A stretch of DNA of 64,000 bases from Lama glama (lineage: Eukaryota), in contig CM052851.1 in assembly GCA_028534125.1 (NCBI GenBank), positions 49,662,001-49,726,000 of the forward strand, read 5' to 3'. Shown here one piece after another: positions 54,944 to 64,000 of this stretch. The position numbers and the translations under genes are program-made. Under the pieces are notes generated by a model. That model was not told where the DNA came from. It did no database searches and was given only the letters and a program-made list of their open reading frames with translations. How positions within the stretch are numbered: position 1 is the first letter of the stretch; each line of letters opens with the position of its first letter.

Positions 54944-55437
54944 TGTATTTGTTTCCTATTGTTGCAGTAATAAATGGCCACAAATTTAGTCACTTGATTA
55001 CAGGATACGAGCCCTCAAAGTTATTCTATTAAACATCTGGAGGTGAGAAGTCTAAAATCAAAATATTAGCAGGGCTGTTTTCCTTGCAGAGGTTTTGGGG
55101 GTAGAATATGTTTCTTTATCTCCTAGACTCTAACTTCTAGAAAATACCTACATTCCTTGGCTCAGAGCCTTTTCCCCATTTTTGAAGCATATCACTTTGA
55201 CCTCCTTGGCCATTGTCCCACCTCCTTCTTCGGCTTCAACCGTCTTGCCTCCCTATTACAAGGACCTTTGTGATTACATTGAGCTCACCAAGATTAATAT
55301 AGGATAATCTTTCCATTTCAAGATGCTTAACTTAATCACATTAGCAAAGTCACTTCTGCCACAGAAGACAATATAGTCATAGTTTTCAGGGATTAGGATG
55401 TAGACACTTTTGTAGGGGGAGTCATTGTCCTATCACA
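54944..55437 (-). mobile_element. MLT1B/D-like MaLR solo LTR
   Basis: tgtatttgtttcctattgttgcagtaataaat...caaggacctttgtgattacattgag...gggattaggatgtagacacttttg. Confidence 0.85.
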
Positions 55438-56139
55438 CATTCTAAATTATAATCTCTGAGATTTCGGTGGTTGAGGAAGACTGGGATATACTCTTAAAAA
55501 TGCTATTTGTAAAGGGGTGGAGAATAGGACTGATTAGAGGGAGAAATTAAATTGGTATGCAGTTGCAACAGAGGCTTCAGCTGATTCTAGAGGAGCCTGG
55601 CTCTTTGTCTACCCCTCGTTGACCAGTCACTGGACTCAGCAGCCGCCAGAAAGCAGAGGTGAATTTGGGCAAAGCATCGCCCCACAGCAAACAGAAATTC
55701 CCAGGATACCAGCCCTCAGCCACCAACAATCCAGGAAGGTGGGAAAATGGGTGTCTTAGTCCCACAGGGAGATCTAGGTGGTGGGTCACAGTGTCTACTC
55801 TAGTCCACTTGTTTTCCTGCTTGGATCTACTTTCTTTATATAGTAAGTCCATCCCATACGGGAATAGTTTTTCCAGGGTCCTTATTGGTATTTTTTTCTG
55901 GGATCTACCTTAGAACTTTTCGTTTATCTTCCAATTCTTCTTCCAAGCACCTAAAGAACTAACAAAGCCATTTTTTACTGTTCAAGATTCCACACATCTT
56001 CTTATCTTGAGCCACTAGTCCTTCCAAACAAAGTGAACAAACAGGTATGTCACCAGCAGCGATTCTTGTAAGGATACTCATTGCTATCTTTCAGGGGTAC
56101 TCTTCATTGGAGCTATAGCGCAGTATTTTGGGCTTGCAC

Positions 56140-56482
56140 TCACATACTGAGATACCCCATTTGTGGAAAAATGTGCCCTCTTTCCTCCTCTGTGAGCTGG
56201 TCATAAGACACCCCACTCCATCCCCTAAGCAGCCATAGATGTAACAGGAGATAAACTGCATCTATCTGCTTTTGACCAAGTACCAACACATGACCTCTAC
56301 TCACTGAGGATCCTGTTATCCCCAATACTACCAGAAAGCCCAGATCTGTAATAGAATTTTCCATCATCGCCCTGCTTCTCAGTAATGCTGGTTCCTCTTT
56401 AATTAAGACATTCCTCATAGCTTTTGTAAATGGATTGTCCTCCAGGCTCTCCTTTGCTGTCTTCTGGCCTTATGTACCTATT
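56140..56482 (-). pseudogene. ERVL gag remnant; its upstream part lies at 57195-57550, beyond the inserted LTR
   Basis: EDNPFTKAMRNVLIKEEPALLRS...ITDLGFLVVLGITGSSVSRGHV resembles ERVL gag EDTPFTKAIRNxLVRGAPA...VTELGSL..MG.IG...RGQV. The far side has MLE, FIDIGA and YTPKE motifs. Confidence 0.7.
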
Positions 56483-57123
56483 TATTGCCAGGGATTATGT
56501 TCTTGCCTTGTTGCAAAAATAATTCAGGTTAGACACGGAGGTCAAGAAAGTAAAGTGAGGATTTATTAAGGGATAGACAGAACCCTTTCAAGGGGAGAGC
56601 GGGCAGGCTCAGGTGAGCCGCCGCAATCAGTTTCTTTGGCAAGCTGGTTACACAGGGTGTGAAAATAAATGGGCAGAATATTCATCGGGAGGAAGGGTTT
56701 GGGAGGAGTTGATTTCATCACAGCTCCATCTTCCCAAGGGGAGGAGGGATTTTTGTCCTTATTTAGTCTGGATTGGAAGTGTCATGGCGTCAGTGTACAA
56801 TGGGTACTTCTAATCTGCAAGGCTAACTGTATTGTAATGAGGGCATAATAGGCAAACGGTTACCTTCGGACATTGGAGATTCCAGCCTTTTTCCAGTTTT
56901 CTTCTTGGCTTCCAGGCCACTTGTCACCCCAAAGTGTGTGATTTCTTATCAGTTCAGAGGTTCCTGGTTTTTTCTGTCTGTCCAAGAACGCTTGAACTCT
57001 TGTTGTTTACACGATGTATAATTTCCTGTATTTCTCCTGTGCCCTCCTTTTTTAACCAATTTCTCACATTCGGCCTGTGTTCCCCTTTCTCTGCTCATAT
57101 CTAGCTATCTGCCTGCTCTAACA
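56483..57123 (-). mobile_element. ERV1-class solo LTR (MER50/MER83-like U3 start)
   Basis: Minus strand begins TGTTAGAGCAGGCAGATAGCTAGATATGAGCAG, has AATAAA ~80 nt before the end, and ends ...CAAGAACATAATCCCTGGCAATA. The U5 boundary could instead be 56498. Confidence 0.8.
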
Positions 57124-57125
57124 TT

Positions 57126-57192
57126 TGGCTCCCCATCTGGGAATTAAACCTCGGTCTCCCACTGACAGGGGAGCATACTCATCACTATACTA
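57126..57192 (-). pseudogene. tRNA-Asp(GTC) DNA copy with encoded CCA, lacking the first 7 nt
   Basis: TAGTATAGTGATGAGTATGCTCCCCTGTCAGTGGGAGACCGAGGTTTAATTCCCAGATGGGGAGCCA matches recalled mammalian tRNA-Asp-GTC at about 57/68 positions by hand; several changes look like CpG decay; the B-box is degraded. Confidence 0.9.
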
Positions 57193-59805
57193 TACAACTT
57201 TTCTAACATATTCATGCTAACATGTGCATGGCTCTGAGCCCGTTTGATCAGTTTTCCCGCCACCGTCTGTGATATTTCCAGCACTCCTACTTCACTTGCC
57301 TTTTCTCCGAGCTTCTAAGAGCATGCATATATAACTTCCTAGACCTATGACTATCTCTCCCAGGGTCCTTGTCAAGGTCTGTCATGATGGGGTGCTCCTA
57401 TATCAATAAATGTTTGTAGATAAGCTTTTCCTTATCTAAACTAATGTTTCATCCTCCCCAGGGCATCACATCCGCAGAATCCAGAGAGTCTCCTGGCTCA
57501 TGTTAATTAGACACTTGGGCTCTTTTGGTGTGTAATCACTTTCTTCCTGCAGAAAAAGCACTTCACTAGTCAGTTTATACTGTAATTTGATCCTAGTTGT
57601 TGGTTTGGCAGCTAGAAGGGGAGGCAGAGGTAAACCCTGACATTGAGTACCTGTTGTCCTGTAAGGTAAAGATTTCTACTCCATCCTCAAGCAATGAGAG
57701 ACCACTGCCTTTAATTGCAAGGGTTGGGCCACTTCTGCAGGCCCATAAGTTTCTGTGAAATGTGAAGGTGCAAGGTTTTCAAGCGGATCAACCCAGACGT
57801 TCTCATTCTAAATCTGAGTATCTCACTTCTCCCTATTCAAGGTCCTAACTGGCTTAGCTGATTTGCTGTGTATGAGAATTTAGCAATTTTTGTAGCTCTA
57901 TGACCCATTTAATTGAGTCCTGGACTGGATTCTTAACTTTTTTTCTGCCCTCCAGGCGTAGCAGATGAGAATCTTTTCATACACTGCCAAGGAGGTCCTC
58001 TGGCTTTGACAGTTTGCCTTTAATTGGTGATTAAAAATCTCCAGTCTTTCATTATCTTTTCCAATCCATCAATAGCACTCAGCAAGAGCCAGTCAACTGC
58101 ATAGAACTTATAATTGCTACTCCCTCCAACCTTCCAAAGGCCTGAGCTATCGTATCAGTCAGTGCATTTACCTTCCCTGAAATTCCATCCTGGTCTACCA
58201 CCAGAGGATTTTAACAACGCCAAGGGCTGTAAGTACTCCATCTATCGCTGCACTGCCAAATGCCAGGAGGGTGACCAACTCCAAAATCCCATGTGTGAGT
58301 CTGATTCCTAGGACCGTTTCAAATACCAATCATCCTAAATTACATTTCCCAGGAAACAGACTATTAGGGAGATATTTGTGTACAAAAGGTTTATTGGAGA
58401 GTGTTTGGGAAAATGCACCCGGATGGGAGATGCAGAAATAGTTTGGGCAGAGGGAGAAGTTGAACTAAAATGTAATTGTAACAGGTCCCTCCATATATTC
58501 CATGGGAACTCTTGAGCCTGGACAGCCCTTCAACGTTATCTTGAATTAAGGCAAGAAGGTCAGACCTTTGTATTTCCCTTAGCAACCAGTTAATCAATGT
58601 GGGCTTCCCCCAGGGAAAAGACATGACCTTAGTTGATATCATGCATTTCAGTTGAAGGCAAATCCCGGAGAAAGACTCAGATGTGAGTCTGTAGGACCCA
58701 CCACTCATGGCAGCCCACAATTAGGAAGGTGGAAAAATGCATCAATCAATGCCTCCATTCTTAAGAGTGGATCTAGGCAGCATATCACAGGATCCACTAT
58801 AGGAAACAATGAGATAGAAATCCTCTTCAGTACTTCAAATGAAGTTAACACAATATGGTAGAAAAATTATAGACTTCAGATGCACAAACACAAGTACATA
58901 CCCAATTTTCACTAAATTAACACTTTTGAAGTTTATCATCAAAGTAAGGAGATTATGTTTTAAAATAACTTTAATTCCATTTTTTTTATAATGTGATTGC
59001 ATTCTTCTAAACGTATTTACCAAACATGTAATGAGCACCTACTAGGCACTCGGCTAGGTCAGGAAGATTAAGGTGACCAGGCCCTAAACTTTGTTCTGAA
59101 AGAGTTTGTAGTTTCATATCCTATTTCCACATAACTAACCTCATGATGTAAATGTCAAACAGTCAAAAAACACATCCTTTCTTTTTTTTTTTGGAATCTT
59201 AAGGACTGACATTACATACTGTTAATATATTCCAACATACATATCTTCTTTCAGAAAACATACAGAAAATATTCCCACTATTTATTTTCAAGACATTAGA
59301 AAATAAATGGATGCATTGGAAAATTAGTATCATTTAAAAATCTGAATCTTAAAACAAAATAACAGGACAGGGAGTAAACAAGTTAGGTCTCCCATATCCT
59401 AGGTTTATTGCAAAGATCAGAAATATAAGTATAAGGCAGAGAAAAGATTCAGAAAAGCGGACAATAGTATGCTGTAATGATGTTTAAACTCTCTTTGACG
59501 TTCACATTTTTAACGTATTAGAAGAAGCGGTAATAACTACATTATATGCGTGAGATCTCTATTTGATAAGTGAAATGCTCATTCTATCATCCCCTGATAG
59601 ATTTTAAATACATTAAGGCAGAGATCATGTCTCTTTCATCCACTGCTGTGTCTCCGACATAGTACCTCTCACATCATAGGCTTCCACTACACACTTCATG
59701 AATAAAGGACATGTGGTGTATCAAAATCAAACAGAACAAGGAATCTTATGTTCTACATCAACTGTATTTTTGTTAAACCTTACGTCCCTGCAAATCAGTC
59801 TCATA

Positions 59806-60312
59806 TATTGACTAAAAAACAATGCACAATCTAAAAGGGAACAGTTATGTTTTCTTTGGTAGACTGAGGACTTCAAACCTGAGATAACAGACTCTCAGCT
59901 CTGAGGGACTGCTCTGAAGAGGCAGAGGAGGACCCAGGATATATAAGAGTTTTTGCAGCAAAGACCAGGTAGTAGGACTATCAATTAATGAAAGAAAATC
60001 AGATATCTCAAGTTAAGGAATCTAGTGCTTTTCCATGTATGGGAAGGTGCAAAAGTCTGGGCTCACTGACATCATTCCTTTGATGTGCACCTTAGCTATC
60101 TAGGCCAGTCTCTTGCGTCTACAGTCCTGAGTCCCCACAGAGGGCACCCCTGGGAGTGGCTGCAGAGGCTCAGGACCTGTCAGTGGGCAGCCTGCTTATC
60201 TCCATCCTGAGTTCCCTCTGCCTCACTGTCAGGGGTAGTGATAGTGGCTGATGATTTGATGGGCACAGCATTTTTTTTCCACTGATATGGCTGGCAATAT
60301 TTTTCATTCACA
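59806..60312 (-). mobile_element. Cetartiodactyl MER41-like ERV1 solo LTR
   Basis: Minus start TGTGAATGAAAAATATTGCCAGCCATATCAG; family motifs agatatctcaagttaaggaa and gggaaggtgcaaaagtctgggctcactga; TSD-like CATA (59802-05) / CATG (60313-16). Confidence 0.85.
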
Positions 60313-60979
60313 CATGTACGGCATGCCCAGTGTTTCTTTCTAGAGTGAATATTAACAATATTGCAACCCATGGTAAGATAAAATAGGATATTCCTGTTTT
60401 AAGCTCTAGGAAAGGCTTCTTGAATATTTATTATTTCTCTAAAACACATTAGAATAATCAAGTTAATTGAGGCATACCACTTGTCGGAACGATCAAAATG
60501 CTAAGCCTGTGGTCTCATGCTGAATTAATACATTCATAGTTCAAAAGATTCCTCTAGACAAAGAGGCAAAGAAAATTAAGACAATTGCATAGAATAAAAA
60601 GGCAGAAGCTAATGGAGAAAAAAATTCTTCTCAGGTTCCATTAGTATCATACTCAGACCCACCCCTCATCGGATAGAGAACTCAGTCTAAGGAAGAGGTT
60701 TTGGGCAGGATATTCTGTCCTAAATCTGCTATATTTTTATCGATAAGAAAAAAGGTAACTAGGCTTGTGATGAAATGATGAAGTGGCACATCTAAATAGT
60801 TTAGGAGAAAACTCTAGGAACAGACTAACTCTTCACAAAATAGGAATATTCTCATCAGATCTTCCCAGTGCCTGCAGCAAAGAGTCACAGAAGGCCAAAA
60901 ACCAAAACGTCCTCTGCACGTTTTGAGCCAGCTTAAACACAGCGTACCAGCTTGGACAAGGTACAGAGATGATGCAAAA

Positions 60980-61200
60980 TATATGAAGTCAGAAGATTTT
61001 AATTCAAATGTTGCTTCCCCCCACCCCCGTTTGCTGGTTTGTAACCTGGGGCAAGAAGAACAGCATCTCTCGCCTCCAACCTCCTCATTTCTAAAATGTA
61101 ATGAACCGCACCATCAGAGGCAGAAGATTATCATGAAGAACCAAGAGGATAATGGATTCAAAAGCACTTTGAAAATCTTGTATGTTCAACCTATATTTAT
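60980..61200 (+). mobile_element. MIR SINE
   Basis: tgaagtcagaagattttaattcaaatg...gtaacctggggcaag...ctcatttctaaaatg...aaagcactttgaaaa. Confidence 0.65.
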
Positions 61201-62931
61201 AATTATTGTTATAGTAATAACATGACTACTTCAAATTTGCTCTGGGCTGGTGAGTCACGACTCCATGGCCAGGGCTCAGAATGAAACCTGGCAAAGGAAA
61301 ATACAACTGTTTCAAGCAGAACGGTATCTACATAGAAAATGGGAAAATAGCTCTCATTTTTTTAAATCCGCCATGTGGTCTGAACATTCTTCCTGCAGTG
61401 CTTTTTCTCTCTATACTTGTTATCTTTCTGGTGATTTCAGAATACTTACTAATAATTACAAAGCTTTGTACAAAGAGCCCAATCACATTGTTACATTGGA
61501 GCAGATATGCTTTAGACCAGACTAGCTGAAAGCTTTAATGCAATACAACACAATTATGCAGCTAAATTATACCTTGAATTATTGATGCAATATTGACTCA
61601 TTTAGTATCTCTCATAACAAATAGGCAGAACATACACTTACAGGTTAATATGCCCTACCAAAGGGAGACATGCACAGCAGCTGAACCTATAAATTCAGTA
61701 ATTTTATAGCCCTACGTTTTATTAAAATCCACTAGGTTCCTTCAAGGCACAAGGTCAAGGAGGAACTAAAAAAGGTGTTCCCCACTAGTTTAACCAAGTT
61801 TAAGCAACTACAAAAACAAGACAGATTATGTAACATTCATCATTTTAATTACCAGTAACCACTTTCTGTAATGCAGAGATGTGGTTAAACAGTATAAACT
61901 GTTAACAGCTCATGGACTTTTTGGCCCCAATTATCTATCTCTACAAGGGCTGGCTTTGTTTTTGCTGGAAACTTTGCTACATTTGCTACAATTCCAAGAC
62001 ATGCAGAAAGCCCAAAGATGCATTTAAACACTAATGATCCCAAGAACTGTGCTGTATATACATTAATTGGTAAATGCTTGTTTGTGTTTTTTTAACTATA
62101 AAAGACTCATGTTCTGCGTTTTTAAAATGTATATATTATTTGCTTTTGCATATTCTTTCTTTTTGTGTAGCTAGTTAGCACCTTAAGAACAGAATCTGTC
62201 CCTTATTTGTGAATGTCCTAGAGATTCTGAAAATGCCCTAAATTCAGAGACAAATTAATATGTACCAAAAGTTACTTGAAGCTCTCAAATTTTATCAGTT
62301 GCCAAGTGAAAGCAAAGAAGATACTGTCAGCTTAACAGTAGCCTAAATATCAAGCTAAATGCGATCTCTATATCATATGTAAATATGATAAATACTGCCA
62401 CAAAGAGTAGCAGTGAATATCCTCAAACAAGGTCTTTTGACCAAATATCTTTCTTTGGATAAGCTGTCGCATAATAAGGTTCTGAGTATTGGTAGCATTC
62501 GGCTAAAAATGTTGAAATTTACCGAGTTTTCAGGTAATTACTTTGAGTAAATAAGAGCCTTCTGGATTCTTAAATGTACAAGCGAGTGTTTGGCATTTCT
62601 GACATTTCAAATGACTGCCTCAAACTTTCATAGAATTTTTAGGATTTGTTCTTTTTCCTTATCTTTACTTTTTTTCTTTTCTTAAAGGAAGCAAAATTTG
62701 TCTATACATTACCATATAAATGAGTCTATAAAAGGGAAGAATCAGAGAAAAAAAATGTTTTCTTTCAAGTATGTGTTCTGCATGCCGTGGAATGGTACCT
62801 TAAAATAGCAGAGTTGAGGTACAAATAAATTGGAATCAATTGTGATTTAGTTAAGGGAAAAAAACAAAAAAAATACAATTGTTTAAATAATTATGTTATC
62901 CAACAAGTTTCCGCCAATGTAAAAAGGTTCT

Positions 62932-63103
62932 TCAATCACGCTTGCTAAGGCGTATTGAGAATTTTGCATTGTTCTGAGTATGTAGTATGCAGTCTGATGG
63001 AATAAATCTCTGACTTCCTTCATAGTCTTGCGATCTTTGAGGAAATGTAAACAGCATCTCTTGACTGTGATGGCTAGTGAGAGGTTTCGCATAGCTTAAG
63101 TGT
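62932..63103 (-). CDS. Possible terminal coding exon of an unidentified minus-strand gene
   Basis: Unique, CpG-retaining sequence. AG at 63105-63104 is followed by a 56-codon open frame HLSYAKPLTSHHSQEMLFTFPQRSQDYEGSQRFIPSDCILHTQNNAKFSIRLSKRD* and then UTR-like sequence. The polypyrimidine tract is weak and the frame is unconfirmed. Confidence 0.25.
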
Positions 63104-63329
63104 CTATGTTACATATAGAATGCATTCTGACTTTTAATCTGGAGGATTAATCTAATTAATCATAAGGAAGGTGATGGAGGTACTGTTTGTAAATTGTGGA
63201 AGTCATATTCCCCTAATTATTCCTGAATTCCCTTTATTCCACCGCCATGGATAATCAAAGCCCAGTTCATTTATATACCTTCACCACCACCATCATCCTT
63301 GGAGAATAAATCACTTCTTCATCTGCGAT

Positions 63330-63550
63330 ACTTCTGTATCCGATCCATACTTCCACTTTTGTACATATCACACAAGAATGTAATGTAGTTACGGTAGGTT
63401 TGTCACCTCCAATAGACTGTAAACTCTGAAGAAAGGAACTCTGTCTTATATATCTCTATATCTTTAGCAACAAGCATGAACCTGGTCATACAGTAAATTC
63501 TTAACAATTGATTGCTATTATTATTAAAGCCTCAATAAATATTTGTTATT
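63330..63550 (+). mobile_element. L2 3' end
   Basis: tagactgtaaactctgaagaaaggaactctgtctta...ctcaataaatatttgttattgaa. Confidence 0.65.
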
Positions 63551-63739
63551 GAAAATTTTCTGTCACACAGCTGCTCATGTGAATCCCAATTCTTCAGCTG
63601 AGTAAATACAAGGAATAAGGTTAATCATTTTTCTAGGCTAAGTCTATAAGTATATAAGGTCAGGGAATTGTCAGAGGAGCATCTATGAAGAGGAAGAAGT
63701 AAAGGAGGAAGTTAATCTTAGGAACTTTGGGCTAGAGAG

Positions 63740-64000
63740 TCCTTCTGTCTGGAAGGTTCTTTCTCTGACCCTGACATGTCTAGATATATTATGTCATTTA
63801 GATCTCATTTATCTCTTAAGAGCGGTTTCTCCCTTAAGTACCCCAAATAAAGTAATCACTTTATCAGATCACCTTGTAATTCCCTGCCTAGTAGTAATCA
63901 TAGTCTGGTTATTTCTTTGTTTATTTATTATTTTACATATATATTCATTTAGTGCCTGTCTACTCTCCTACCATAATGTAGCATCCATATAACAATCCTG
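63740..64000 (+). mobile_element. L2 fragment running to the window end
   Basis: ccttctgtctggaaggttctttc...tgcctgtctactctcctaccataatgtagcatccat. Confidence 0.6.

Larger units (their letters stand above)
55440..58801 (-). mobile_element. Two-LTR LTR16/ERVL (ERV3-16-like) provirus remnant with a gag-only internal region
   Basis: 5' LTR at ~58331-58801 and 3' LTR at ~55440-55802. PBS-like attggtatttgaaacggtcctagg follows the 5' LTR; purine-rich gcaggaaaacaagtggac precedes the 3' LTR; gag remnant lies between. Confidence 0.8.

Noticed and set aside
57126-57192. Functional tRNA-Asp gene
   Set aside because: The 5' acceptor strand is missing, the T-loop is mutated (GGTTTAATTC), CCA is encoded and there is no downstream oligo-T terminator.
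59806-60312. MER41-like LTR as an interferon-responsive enhancer
   Set aside because: No intact TTCnnnGAA (GAS) site was found by eye in this copy.
61583-61600. Adjacent C/EBP-ATF (TGATGCAAT) and AP-1 (TGACTCA) motifs
   Set aside because: Both short motifs recur elsewhere in the window; no independent support.
62883-63092. CCLHFLKDRKTMKEV resembling kinase subdomain XI
   Set aside because: Short, weak likeness with no other kinase motifs nearby; the frame is unresolved.
63239-63309. Strong Kozak context ccaccgccATGg
   Set aside because: Only 20 codons follow, with no promoter or splice support.
1-64000. CRISPR array, operon, phage, defence system or non-retroviral endogenous viral element
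   Set aside because: No repeat-spacer periodicity, no long intact ORFs and no recognisable viral protein motifs other than ERVL gag; composition is typical mammalian.

Overview
AT-rich, CpG-depleted mammalian genomic DNA, most likely camelid: it carries a Vic-1-type tRNA-derived SINE and a cetartiodactyl MER41-like LTR. The window is repeat-dense intergenic or intronic sequence with five N-gaps. It holds ancient L1M, L2, MIR and CR1 fragments, MaLR and ERVL LTRs, hAT and Tigger MITEs, and microsatellites. No confident protein-coding gene, rRNA, CRISPR array or prokaryotic system is present. Nearly all listed ORFs are chance ORFs or run through N-gaps; two are recognisable transposon remnants (L1 ORF1p at 3091-3276, ERVL gag at 56140-56418). 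The most unusual structure is at 56483-57192: a CCA-ended, nearly complete tRNA-Asp(GTC) copy joined through an AA dinucleotide to the U3 start of an ERV1-type LTR, nested in the gag of a two-LTR LTR16/ERVL provirus. Other leads are a ~119-bp loopless palindrome (30739-30857), a possible minus-strand terminal exon with 3' UTR (~61.5-63.1 kb), a possible microexon (24601-24618) and an OCT-SOX-motif enhancer candidate (~37.7 kb). Repeat family names come from recalled consensus sequences and boundaries are approximate; nothing was searched against a database.
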